Below are positions 31,201 through 41,885 of a stretch of 64,000 bases of DNA, piece after piece. A program made the translations under genes and the position numbers. The stretch spans positions 1 to 64,000 of IMG/VR virus record IMGVR_UViG_3300025929_000014. The stretch is one strand, 5' to 3'. Position 1 is the stretch's first letter. Each line of letters begins with the position of its first letter. This DNA is from a virus. The notes beneath the pieces are model-generated. The model searched no databases and was not told where the DNA came from. It was given only the letters and a program-made list of their open reading frames with translations.

Positions 31201-32768
31201 CGGCATGGCCCAGCCATGCCAGGTTCTCATCCAGCACACGCAGGACATCCCGATCATGCTCCGTCTCATCGCCAAGCGCGACACGCTCACGCAGCTCGAT
31301 GATCCACTCCACGAGAGAGCCGGTTGCTGCCTGCCTGTAGTCGTAGTAATCCATGTCGCTTCCTTTCCTGTGGGGCGAACCGCTCGCCCCTGGATTCCAT
31401 GTTGGGGGATCAGGTTGTGGGGGTGCAACTTTCGCGATAGATGGGTTCGAGTATCTTGACGCCCGTCAGATGGAAGAGCGCGATATGCCCGCCCACAAGC
31501 TCGCGCCCATCCAGATTGGTGAAGTGCTCCTGTGTACGGGGGTTGTAGCGGCAGTGCGCCTCGCTTTGATGCAGCGCGGACGTGAGGTAGGCCAGATGGC
31601 CCACGATACCCGCATGGACTGACTTTCGTCCAGTACGCAGCACGCGCTGTCGGCCAGCTTCGGAGACGCGGAAGGCAAGAGGGCCATAGATATGAAACGT
31701 CCGCATATGCGCGATGACTCTCCCGCTCCGAGTGCCGGTCAGGGCCTTGACGCTCCAGCAGTCCTGCCGAAGATTGCGGTAGACGTAGACTCTGCCTTTG
31801 CCGGGAGCGTACTCCTCGTAGTCGTCTTCGGTGAGCGGGCCGATCATGCGTCCCCCCAGTCGGCAAGACAGTTAGGGTAGTCGGCCACATCAAGCTGGGC
31901 ATAAATGATGTTCATGTCCACCGTCTTCAGGGCCTCCGTCAGGAGATACAGCGCCGTTCGCCCATACTCCAGATCCTCGTAGTTTGACACCAACTGGCGA
32001 GACAGAGCAGAGATATGCTCGGTGCCGCATCGAACCCGGTGGATGGTCCGCAGTAGCTCCGTCGGCATCTCTGTGCTTAGATCGGTTGCTACGGCCTGCG
32101 CCAGAACGTCCGTCGCTGCATTCATAGCATCTCCCTTTCGTAATAGGTGCCATAGAACTCCTGCTGCTGGGTCTCCATGTCGTCCTGGTCAGGCGTCGAT
32201 GGAGGCAGCGCGCCCTCATATGCCTCATTCTGGAAGCAGGTGTGGCAGAGCAGGCTCGGCAGCTCGTCTTCGGTGTAGTGCCATACGTCGGACTGCGTAG
32301 TGCGGCAGTCGATACAGCGCACCAGGCGCGTGTAGCAGCGCTTGCAGATGGCGCCCCCGTCGATGGGGTGCGTGCGCCAGCCTGCATTGACCGCACACAG
32401 GGCCAGTTCTGAGGCAGTGTTGTGGTCCGGGTCTTCAGCCGCCACATAGTTCGTGCGGTCGCCGTCGCAATACTCGCAGTGGATGACCAGCAGGTCAGCA
32501 TAGGCGGCATCGGCCAGCAGGGTCAGGTCACGGTCAGCGCTCATGACAGCCTCCCGTCGAGCGCGAGATGGAGCATGTCGCCAAACACCTCATGGCTACG
32601 ACGCGTCTGCTCATCCTGTTGGCGGAACGCCATCTGCTGGAAGTCGGTCAAACTCTCAACCTGCTCGCGCAGACGCCGGATCTCGCCGGCCATCATCTGC
32701 ATGGCGTCAGCCTGGGCGCTCACTCGTGCAGTCTGCTGCAAACAAAACTGCCATTCTTCGTCGTTCAT
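28261..32768 (-). other. Early hypothetical CDSs (28261-28722, 28709-28909, 28969-29472, 29456-29734, 29731-30042, 30029-30352, 30342-30974, 30971-31354, 31410-31847, 31844-32125, 32122-32544, 32541-32768)
   Basis: Coupled ORFs with SDs. 28969-29472 has FEDWC...YDSDSRK and 31410-31847 has VYRNL..WSV..FRVSEAGRQRVLR, both recurrent phage families of unknown function. Confidence 0.65.
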
Positions 32769-32825
32769 TTCCTCTCCTTTCGGCTACATTTCCAGCATGG
32801 GCCTTGCGTTGTCAGCGATCAACTT

Positions 32826-33494
32826 TCAGGCTGGGCTGATACCGGCAGCCGTGCGGATGAAGTCGCCGGTCGGGATACCATAGAACTGCATCTGCCCACC
32901 CAGCGCCGGAAGGAGCGGAACTTTCAGCGCGCCTACCCGGTCGTAAGGCGGCGCGGCCAGCACGTTGTACCAGGCAGGGTACGCGTAGTCAGAGAGCCAA
33001 TACTTCGAGCCGTTGTAGGCGAAGCCGTCTTCTGAGGGGCCGGTGGGATCGGCGACCTCGCCCACCACGTTGACGGGGCTGCCATTGATGGTCTCCGGGA
33101 ACGCGCTGCTCATCTGCGGATCGACGGTGGATTCCACTACCTCATGGCTCGCCGCCAGGAGCCAAGAATCTGGTAGGGCCGCAGGATTGATCGCCACATA
33201 GGCAATCGGCATACCGTTTTCCTGCGTGTGATAATCGCCCTTGTCAGCCGTCAGCACGACGATAATCGGCACCGGCAGCAGATGCCAATGTTGCGCTACA
33301 TCCGTCTGAAGCCACGCCCGGAGGATCTCCTGACCGCGCAGGGCATCATCAACCGATACCCGATCCGGCACCACCGTGACGATATACACGGACGGCCTCG
33401 ACGATGTGGGCGCGCTCAGAGAATCAGGAAGCCAGGGGCAGGTGAACGCAGCCAGGAAGACCAGGGCCGCATAGAGGGCCGTTTTACGCTTCAT
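32826..33494 (-). CDS. Secreted zincin-like protein (HExxE..DP / GEVAD)
   Basis: Signal-like MKRKTALYAALVFLAA, then ASHEVVESTVDP and GEVADP. Confidence 0.55.
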   Translation of the reverse strand: MKRKTALYAALVFLAAFTCPWLPDSLSAPTSSRPSVYIVTVVPDRVSVDDALRGQEILRAWLQTDVAQHWHLLPVPIIVVLTADKGDYHTQENGMPIAYVAINPAALPDSWLLAASHEVVESTVDPQMSSAFPETINGSPVNVVGEVADPTGPSEDGFAYNGSKYWLSDYAYPAWYNVLAAPPYDRVGALKVPLLPALGGQMQFYGIPTGDFIRTAAGISPA

Positions 33495-35736
33495 CGGACT
33501 CCTGTCCACCCATGCCGAGCAGCTTGATGCCAGAGACAGCTTGCGCCAGGTTGACAGATTGCGCCGGGATGAAGAGCAGACTCTCAAGGCGCTCCTTCAG
33601 CGTGGCGACCAGGGCTGCCAGTTGTTCGAGCGCCAGCCAGGTCTCATCGCTATAGGGCAGGTAGATGACGGATGCGTTCACTTCCGGCTTGTACGTGTGT
33701 TCATAAAAGGGATTGCAGGGCGGAGCGAAGGGGCCGCTCTTCTCCTCGTTCCAGTAAAATATCGACGAATGTTTTGTCCGGCTATCCGCCTTCTCATGCG
33801 GCCAGCGAACCTCCCAGCCGCTCTCCCGATAGCCGCCATGCGGCACTTTGGCCACGTAGAAGCGCTTGAACTGAAAGGCTATAGCCCGGTTCTTCTGGCC
33901 GGAATGGTCATACGGTTTATCGACTTTAATCACCGGCACCCATTCCAGGTCGTCCATGCGGTCCAGCTCGGCGCGCACCTCTTTCATTAGGTCGTCGATG
34001 CTGCGCGCGTCAATCTTGACACCGGCTATGGTGGCGAAGAAGTGCAGGTCGTTGCGGTCCAGGAATAGCTCCACCTCGCCGTAGAGGATATGCCGGAGCG
34101 TCTCCACCTTCTGGGGTTTAAGTTGTCTAGCCATTTGTGTTCTCCTCAGCCCACTCGGCGTCGTAATGGCGTTCGGCGCGCTCCACGACATCTTCCGGCG
34201 AAATGTTCTTGGTGTCACACCAGTGCATGATGTTGGCGATCAGGTCGGTCGCCAGGGATTCCAACTCGCTGTCGTCGGAAACCTCATTCAATGACTGGCC
34301 ACCATACGCATGCTGCGCGAAGGCTTCCAGGGCGGTGATAACAGAGCGGGCACGCCCCTCGTTGGTCAGTACGTTGCCATTCTCATCCATGTGCGTTCTC
34401 CTGCTCATATTCATAATTCTCACGCGCTAGCCGAAGCACGCGCTCGGTGTCCATATTATGAACCTGGCACCAATGCAACACGTCGGTGATGAGGTCAGCC
34501 GCCGCACAATCACGGTCGTTAGGAAACATCTGCATAAATGTAGGGCTGTGCAGCTCTAACGCCGCCTGTACACGCTTTGCGGCAGTCTCCGGTGTCTGTG
34601 CATCTTCATCCATGTGCGTAGACCTCCTCTTCTCTTAGCGCGTCGTCAGTCGTCGCGCCTTCTGTTTCCATACTGGGGGTTGAGGTTGTCAGGTTGCAAC
34701 TTTGGGCGCATGCAGAAGCGAGTCCGGCCAGCATCTCATCGCGTGTGATATTGATTTCCGACCACAGCAGATCTTCACAGAGAAAATCATCCCAGGCTCT
34801 TGGCGTATCCAGGCGGCTTGCATACACGCTATCATTAAACGCCTCAGCTGCTAGCCAACCACACGTCTCCAGCATGTACTCATAGAGCGCCGTTGGCATG
34901 CCCAACGGCCCGCGCTGGAAACGATGTTTCTCCGGCTTGCTCTCCACCCAGCGCCGGAAGAGGACGGGATTATAGACCTCAGCCAGGATAGCTTCGATTG
35001 GGGGCACCTGTGGGCGCATGGCGTCAGCTTCCATCTGTGTGATGCTTCAGGATACGGCGAATCTCCGTCGCGTTCGTCCCGGCGTGCAAAGCGGGATCGG
35101 TAAGCTGTGCCAGTCGGTGTTCTAATGCGATGACGGCCAGCACCACGATGCGCTCCGTCTCCTCGCCGGAGAAGTGCTCGTGCTGTAATTCCTGCGGCGC
35201 ATCCTGCCAGAGAAAGTTGTCCCAGCCGGACGTATTCATATCGGCCAGCGTATTGCGAATGGGATCTTCCTGATCGACGTTATCCGCAGACCAGTAGTAG
35301 AGGTATTGGCCGAGATAGGCTCCGGCCTGGTCAATGAGATTTCCCCTTGTCATAGTGTTCCTCCTTCTGCTCTCTTACCTCTGTCGCTCGTGCTTTGGTT
35401 GGCTCCCGATGCCATTTGTCGTCGTCTTCATGCGCCTGGAAGCGCTCGACGAACCTCCGGGCCTGCTCAGGACTGTCGGTCTCCACATCGTGAATCGTAA
35501 TGCCCTCGTAGACGACCCTAAAGAGATGTACGGAGTATTTCTTGGTCATAAGGCTCCCAGGTAGTCGTCTCGCTCAGCAGCATGGCCATCCCCCAGTCGA
35601 AGACCAGCCATACCTCTCCCGGTCTCCAGGCGGTGTCAACTTCCATCAGCGTGCCGGCACAGCTTTCGCCATTCGTCGTGACCAGAATCTCGTGGTCGAT
35701 CAATGCGCGCCAGGGCGCCAGTTGTTCCTCGCTCAT
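33484..35736 (-). other. Early hypothetical CDSs (33484-34134, 34127-34390, 34383-34613, 34606-35034, 35024-35353, 35331-35549, 35518-35736)
   Basis: Coupled ORFs. 34127-34390 and 34383-34613 are paralogs sharing DLI...HWC. Confidence 0.65.
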
Positions 35737-36000
35737 CTAGCCCCTCTTCTGCCTATAATACGGCATAAACTCGCTATCCTCTGGAAGAGGGCTGTCCTTA
35801 TGGCGGGAGAGCTTGCGGAGCGCTTTGGCCTCCATTTGGCGTATCCGCTCCGCGCTCCTTCCCTGCGTAAGGCCGACGGCCTCAAGCGTTTTCCCTTGCA
35901 TGCGCTGCCGAATCACATCTTGCTCCAGTGCATTCAGCATGCTGGTATGCGTTCGCGCATCGCGTTGTTGATTCCACTCCCGCGTTTCTTTTAACATCAT
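35737..36000 (-). CDS. Stand-alone sigma70 region-4 HTH protein
   Basis: [27 protein letters not shown] compared with RpoD [27 protein letters not shown]. No region 2. Confidence 0.8.
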   Translation of the reverse strand: [87 protein letters not shown]

Positions 36001-36002
36001 TG

Positions 36003-37076
36003 CTACGCCCTCACCACCGAAAACAGCGTTTCCGGCCTATAGAGGTCGCCGTCAATCGTGACCAGGCCGGTGCTGACCAGCTGCGCCATGCGATACTCGC
36101 AGTCCCAGACATCCTCTTCCCTGGCCGCATCCATCACGTCGCGCAGCCACGCGCCGCGCGAGTTAGCTCCCTGCGCCCCCTGCACATGCAGCAGCGCCGT
36201 ATACAGGCGCTGCGCCAGGGGATGATGATTCTCAATGGCTTCGGTTTGGAGCGGCCTCATCCGATTATCACCATCCCAGCTGTACGCCGGTCCAGGCTTT
36301 GCAGACCAATGCTGACTAACAGCTCCTGGTTCACCAGATAGGTAGCCAGCTTCTCGCTGATTTCCAGATCGGCCACCAGGGTTGCTATGCGCTCCAAGCG
36401 CCTCTTTTCTGCCTCTTCCCGCGCGGCATCGGCCTCTTTCTGATCCCACCAAGTTTGCTGTCTCATGCTGTCCAGTCTCCGTTCGCTGGGTTCATGCCAA
36501 CGTCCCGCATGGCGTCGGCCAGGTCCGGCATCTCCTCGCCGATGTCAAAGTCTTTTGACCAGATGGCGTAGTGCGCGAGAGACAGCGCCGCTTTCAGATG
36601 GCGAACCTCTCCCCGCAGCACTCGTATTTCCCGCACCTCCAATGTTTCTTCAGTCATTCGCACCACCCCACGCCCCAGTCCTTGGCCTGCGCCATCGCCA
36701 AACGCCGTAGCTCCGGGTCGTCGATGTCAAGATCCAGCTGACACGCGCTGACGGCGAAGTCACACATGTCAAAGATGCAGGCTTTGCCGTGAATCACGTA
36801 TTCGTCCACGCCTTCGTCGGCCCAATAGGCTACCACTCTCTGCTTTGTCTCTGCGTCCAATTAGTGTTTTCCTCCTTCAGCCCGTTGCAGGTCGCTATCC
36901 AACTTATCGCCGAGCAGCGCCATCGCTTCACCCAGCAGCGCATAGGCCGGCCGCCCATAGAACTCGGCAGCCGTCCGCACCATATCGCGCTCGAAGACCG
37001 GCAATAGCTCATACGCCCTCGCACACCACGCATCTCGACTTAGAATAGCTGTTGTGGTTGGTCGTCGCATGCTCAT
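36003..37076 (-). other. Small hypothetical CDSs (36003-36260, 36257-36466, 36463-36666, 36654-36860, 36861-37076)
   Basis: Coupled small ORFs. Confidence 0.5.
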
Positions 37077-37297
37077 CGCTTTTCCCCCTTTGCCATATAA
37101 CGCGCTGTAGTGGGCCATAGCGCGATCTTTGCCTCTGACGGCGCTTTGGATGCCGGAGGATACCATTCTTGGTCACTCCGCCCGCCACGCTTGCGCTGGC
37201 GTCGTCTACCACACTATGCGCCATCCACGACGCGATGTCAAGCATCGTTTGGTCCATTTGGAGGCAAAAGAGCCTGCGAGCGATGCCGAAAGAGTTG

Positions 37298-37661
37298 GCG
37301 GGACAGATCTGTCCCGCTGATTTTGCGTCCCTCTCCTCTTTATTATGTTAAGTACCAGAGGAAAATGCCCGGAACCCGCAAGCTGGCGGGACAGCAGCGG
37401 GACAGCGGGACAGTTTTCAGCTTGTGATTCTCTATATGTATATATTTTGTTTTTTCGGTTTCCCCTAAAAGGCTTTTACGTGATCCCGTAAATGCCCTTT
37501 TTAATGTGTATATGTATCTAATAACTATATATATCTGTCCCTCCTGTCCCGCAAAGGCGAAAAGACATATACCTCTCTCTGGTACTTGACATAAAAGAGC
37601 GGGACAGAAGCCCTCACGCTTCTGTCCCGCCTTGTCCCTCCAGCCGATTATCTGTCCCGCT
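37298..37661. other. Putative replication origin: GCGGGACAG iterons in both orientations, 18-bp inverted repeats and an AT-rich core
   Basis: Perfect palindrome at 37298-37317. Three direct copies at 37386-37413. Further copies in both orientations at 37533-37661. IR 37343-37360/37577-37594. AT-rich segment ~37430-37535. Directly downstream of the primase-helicase. Confidence 0.75.
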
Positions 37662-40071
37662 AGCTCGCCATAGCCGCCAGTACGACCTCTTCAGCCGGTT
37701 TGGTGAGCACAATGCCCGCCAAGCCCCGTTGCTGCGACACGACGCCCTCCTTCTCCAAACCCCAGGCGTCAAAGACCGGCGCCATCCGCTTGGTCTCTTT
37801 GAGGAACGGGTAGATGACCTGAATGGCATCCAAGAGCCGACCCTTGGAGAGCTGCTTGTAGCCGTTCTCCTTGCAGTAGCCCTCGTAGGATTTATAGAGC
37901 AGACTGGTCGGCGTAAACGATTCGCTGCTGAGCCCGGTCTCGCAGCAATCCTCCAGCCAGGACTTCAGCGCGTCGCCCCGACTGGTAATGGCGTTGAGCA
38001 TCACCTGCATGGCCCTCGACTCCGGGTAATGCTGCACGGCCAGTGCCCGCTTCGCGTAGAGCATGCACATGGAGGCAAAGGCCGGAACATCCGGGCGCAG
38101 CTTATCCAGCAGATAGAGGTCTACCTTCTTTGCGGGGTCAAGTTCCGTCGGGCTATCGGTATGCGTGCTCGGACATTCGATCACCAGCAGCCGCTCACGC
38201 AGCGCGCTCGACGGGTCGGCGAAGCGTGGCCGGTTGTTGGTGGACGCCATCATCTTGGGGCGCCAGGTGTTGTCCTTTATCTCCATACCCCGCAGGGGCC
38301 TGGTGGGCACTCCCTCATGCGACGCCATGGTCTTGATGAGGTCTTCACTTTGGAGGGCTTCGACGGGGAGTTCATCCAGGCAGGCCATGCGCTTATCGCA
38401 GTGTCGCGCGCGTGCCCAGAGCCCTTCCTGATCCCGGTCAAAGATCGTCTGCCCAGCGTAGTCTGTCGGCTGTTGCCCGCAGGCCAGATTCGCTAGCTTG
38501 AGACACGTTCCCTTACCGGAGCGCTTGCCGCCATACAGGATCACCATCTTGTAGAGGTGCATATCCCGGATCATGGCGAGCCCCACATGGGTCATATAGG
38601 CACGACGTGCGATGGGATCGGGGATGGTCTCCCGCAGGAAGCGCCAGATAAGCGGGAAACGGGCTGGCTTATAGGCAAACGGCATGGCATAGGTGTTGTA
38701 GTTGAGGGGATCGTGCGCGCTCCAGGTCATGGTCTTGTGATCGAGCATGCCATTCTCAAACGGCACCTTATCTTCTTCCATCGTAAACGACCGATCTAAT
38801 TTGCATTTAATCAAGGCAAACACGTCACGCATTTTCTTGTGGTTGCGGGGCCATCCGCCCGCCTGGAGCACCTCGCTGGTAGAGACGAAAAGCCGTGAGA
38901 TTTCATCCTCTTCGCATAGATGCCAGTGGGTGCCGGTCCAGGTGCGCAAGCCCTGTATCATGGTGTCCCTGGCGACGGTATTGTGCCGAGCCTCGATCCA
39001 GGCTTTGGCCAGGGCCATATCGTCGGGTTTCGCCTTCTTCTTTTCTGTTTCCTCCGAGCCGTAGCCTTCTGAACGCAGCGCTTTGGCGCAGGCCCGATAG
39101 TCGCCATCAAACTCCGTAATGGCCCGGATGGCGAAGATGGTATAGGCCGTCTGCGCCTCGAACTCCGTCGATGAGGTATAGACGTAGAGCAGGGGCGGGC
39201 CATCCTCCTCCAGGCGTCGCAGGTTGGCCGATACCTCCCCGTCCCGCTTGTCGTCGCCTGGGCGGGTGAGGAAGACGTTCTCGTAGCCTGCCTCCTGTGC
39301 CACGCGCCAGCCATGCTCCACCAGATAGGCCAGCACCTCGTCGAACTCCATGCGCGCGACATATTCGGTGCCGGGCAGGCCCTCCTTCTCGATATAGGTG
39401 CCTGCCTTCTTGTCGGCCGCTACCTTCTGGGTGAAGCTGGTAGCGGTCGCCAGGAGACAATCGACTTCCTCAGCGCTCAGGGCCGGGATCGTCGTCAGGT
39501 CGCCGCTCTGCCAGGTATAGCCTGCCGTCGGCGCGCAGGCCGCGTAGCCGCCCTCCCCCCGCAGCTCGATCCAGGGCTTGCCGTCGGCGCCGCAGGCCAG
39601 CTCCGGGCACCCAATGGCGACCGGGCTGCGGAAATAGACATGGAGGCCCCCCGAAGGGGTGCTTTCGCGTGGCAGCCTGTCCCAGACACCGGGCAGCTGG
39701 GCCTCAAGCCGCTCCCGATACTTCTCCGGCAGGTCGGGGCCGGAGTATTTCGTATCGAAATCAACGATCACCAGCCAGAGGGGCTCCGCTTCCGAGCCGC
39801 CCCCAGATACCAGGCCGCCGATCACGCCGACACCCGGCGCCGCCTTTGGCCCCAGGAAGGCATCGATCAGTTCGATGGCCGGCTGTGCCTTCACCTGGCG
39901 CCACTTCCACTCGCCCTTCGGTTTCTTCGTTGCCAGGTCGGCAATGGGCACCATCGAGCGTCCGGCATGTGCGGCACGCCGCACCTCGTCGAGCCACTCC
40001 TGTGAATGGAGCACCTCGTCAACATTGGGATTAGTCATGCAAAAGTTCCTTGGACAGGGAGCGGAAATCAT
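37660..40071 (-). CDS. Prim-Pol primase fused to D5/SF3 helicase
   Basis: VDFD, STPSGGLHVYF, ELRGEGGY (Prim-Pol). GGKRSGKGT, LDE, STNN (SF3). Likely start 40038. Confidence 0.9.
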   Translation of the reverse strand: MISAPCPRNFCMTNPNVDEVLHSQEWLDEVRRAAHAGRSMVPIADLATKKPKGEWKWRQVKAQPAIELIDAFLGPKAAPGVGVIGGLVSGGGSEAEPLWLVIVDFDTKYSGPDLPEKYRERLEAQLPGVWDRLPRESTPSGGLHVYFRSPVAIGCPELACGADGKPWIELRGEGGYAACAPTAGYTWQSGDLTTIPALSAEEVDCLLATATSFTQKVAADKKAGTYIEKEGLPGTEYVARMEFDEVLAYLVEHGWRVAQEAGYENVFLTRPGDDKRDGEVSANLRRLEEDGPPLLYVYTSSTEFEAQTAYTIFAIRAITEFDGDYRACAKALRSEGYGSEETEKKKAKPDDMALAKAWIEARHNTVARDTMIQGLRTWTGTHWHLCEEDEISRLFVSTSEVLQAGGWPRNHKKMRDVFALIKCKLDRSFTMEEDKVPFENGMLDHKTMTWSAHDPLNYNTYAMPFAYKPARFPLIWRFLRETIPDPIARRAYMTHVGLAMIRDMHLYKMVILYGGKRSGKGTCLKLANLACGQQPTDYAGQTIFDRDQEGLWARARHCDKRMACLDELPVEALQSEDLIKTMASHEGVPTRPLRGMEIKDNTWRPKMMASTNNRPRFADPSSALRERLLVIECPSTHTDSPTELDPAKKVDLYLLDKLRPDVPAFASMCMLYAKRALAVQHYPESRAMQVMLNAITSRGDALKSWLEDCCETGLSSESFTPTSLLYKSYEGYCKENGYKQLSKGRLLDAIQVIYPFLKETKRMAPVFDAWGLEKEGVVSQQRGLAGIVLTKPAEEVVLAAMAS

Positions 40072-40265
40072 CGGTCAGGTTCATCCACCAGCCGGGGACA
40101 TAGAATCCCCCAAAGAATGCTGAGAGGGCGAACCATTCTACATTGGCGTAGAGGGAGAGCAGGCCCCCAACGACCACCATGGACGCGCCAAGCTGGACCC
40201 AGAAGGCGCTCATTAGGAAGCGATGTGGTGGACAGAAATATACGGCGTCACAGCCGCACCATTCG

Positions 40266-40541
40266 TCATCCGGCATTGGCACGCTCCAGTTCTACGAGCA
40301 GGCAGTCAATATCGAGATTGGCCTCTTGCAAGGCGCGGATGAGGAGCTGCACGTTGGGCAGGCAACGCTCGAAGTGCAGTTTCCAGCCATTGATCTCGAC
40401 TATCACGTCGGGCAAGCTGCACGCCGGTTCCAGCCAGCTGCCGCTCATCGGCATAAAGAAACCAGGCGGCGAGTAATCCCAGGTGCTGCTGAAGGGTTTT
40501 CTCGAATATCGGTCTCGAAGTGCCTGGATGTCAACTTTCAT
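40266..40541 (-). CDS. Hypothetical protein
   Basis: Coupled to the RuvC-like gene. Confidence 0.5.
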   Translation of the reverse strand: MKVDIQALRDRYSRKPFSSTWDYSPPGFFMPMSGSWLEPACSLPDVIVEINGWKLHFERCLPNVQLLIRALQEANLDIDCLLVELERANAG

Positions 40542-41029
40542 GACGCTGCCAGGCCGATGCCTGGATTAAAGAGCACAGCGTAGCAGCCATGGCGCACGGC
40601 GTCGGCCGCGTGGCGCAGCGTTTTGGGGAAGTAGTTCCACTCGCGCAGCTTCTCGTCGGTCATAAACCCCTTGGCACTTTGCGCCGATTGGACTAAATAT
40701 GGAATCGAGCGTTGCTCGCATAACGTCTCAATGGCGCCGATGAGCCGCAGGGTCGGTACGGTCGAGCCGGCATGCTCTGCCAGCTTCCAGGGATAGATGC
40801 GATACTCCTCGAAGACGATCTGCGTGGGGAGGTGCAGATCGAAGAGCCTGGTCATATCGGCGATGGTGCCGGGTATCTGGCCTTTATCGTGGAGGGATCC
40901 CCCTAAAAACAGCGCCCACCCGGTGGTATCGCCGGGATCGAGCGCAAGCAGCCGTTCCGGTGGCTGCCAAGAACCGCCTGTCGAACGTTGGCGGTGAACG
41001 GACGCGATGCTGAAGAACTTATCATCCAT
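40538..41029 (-). CDS. RuvC-like Holliday junction resolvase
   Basis: LLALDPGDTTGWA, IVFEEY, HAADA. Start after the AGGAG SD. Confidence 0.8.
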   Translation of the reverse strand: MDDKFFSIASVHRQRSTGGSWQPPERLLALDPGDTTGWALFLGGSLHDKGQIPGTIADMTRLFDLHLPTQIVFEEYRIYPWKLAEHAGSTVPTLRLIGAIETLCEQRSIPYLVQSAQSAKGFMTDEKLREWNYFPKTLRHAADAVRHGCYAVLFNPGIGLAAS

Positions 41030-41093
41030 AGGACATACTCCTGACTTATTTGATCCATCTGGTGATATTAAGTCTATCCTATCCACGAGATCC

Positions 41094-41178
41094 ATGCTAG
41101 CCCCCACTATAAGCCTGGACAACATTTTTGTAAAGTACACGGTAGACTATTGCATTTTGTCTAGTTATCCCCTATGAT
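41094..41178. promoter_or_regulatory. Divergent sigma70-like promoters
   Basis: Minus strand: AATG-TTGTCC-N17-TAGCAT (41122-41094). Plus strand: TTGCAT-N17-TATGAT (41150-41178). Confidence 0.6.
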
Positions 41179-41210
41179 GGCGGCGAGAGACCCAAAGGAG
41201 ACTATAGGAG

Positions 41211-41732
41211 GTGTTTATGTCCATGATGACATTAGATCCACCAGATACCTGGGAAGACCTGATCGACGCGACGGAAGTGGCGCGTATGTTGGGCGGATCG
41301 CATGACCCGGTGTCGGCGCAGACGATCTCCAATTTGGTCGCCGATAAGCGCTTGCGTGCCATACGCATCACCCCCAAGCTGCTGCGCTTCCGGCGCTCGG
41401 ATATCTGGGAGTACCTGCAAGAGGCGATGACCAAGCCGCTCCAGCCCCCGCAGACCACCATTCCGGTGGAACGGGTGCTGACGCCCTATGCCCTGACCGG
41501 CAAGGTCAAGCAGCGCCTGACCAGCGTTGCTCTGGCGGAGACCGCCCTGGCCGCGATTAAGGATATTCGCGTCGATTGGGGCGATGGCTCGCCGGCCAGC
41601 CCAGCCGAAATCGTCAACGGATTGATCGTCGGCAGCCACACCTATGCAGAGCCCGGATCCTATCAGGTGCAGATCGACGTGCTCGCCAATGGCCTGCACA
41701 TCCACACCACCTCGACCTGCGATATAGACTAG
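41211..41732 (+). CDS. Excisionase-type HTH fused to PKD (Ig-like) domain
   Basis: LIDATEVARML...LRAIRI...LRFRRSDI, then VDWGDG...SHTYAEPGSYQV. Confidence 0.75.
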   Translation: MFMSMMTLDPPDTWEDLIDATEVARMLGGSHDPVSAQTISNLVADKRLRAIRITPKLLRFRRSDIWEYLQEAMTKPLQPPQTTIPVERVLTPYALTGKVKQRLTSVALAETALAAIKDIRVDWGDGSPASPAEIVNGLIVGSHTYAEPGSYQVQIDVLANGLHIHTTSTCDID

Positions 41733-41761
41733 GCCCCCTCCCCCGTACATTTCTCCCCGTA

Positions 41762-41786
41762 GCCGCCAGGTTCTGGCGGTTTTTTG
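41762..41786 (+). terminator. Intrinsic terminator
   Basis: GCCGCCAG-GTT-CTGGCGGT followed by a T-run. Confidence 0.8.
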
Positions 41787-41788
41787 TT

Positions 41789-41869
41789 GAATGTTGACGG
41801 GTGTTGACCCAACCCCCAGTATGGTATCCAACGGCCTCGCTTGACAGGTTGAGATGGATGAAATAGAGT
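41789..41869 (+). promoter_or_regulatory. Tandem promoters for the replication operon
   Basis: GAATG-TTGACG-N17-CAGTAT (array type) and TTGACA-N17-TAGAGT. Confidence 0.7.
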
Positions 41870-41885
41870 GTAGTGGAGGTGATAT

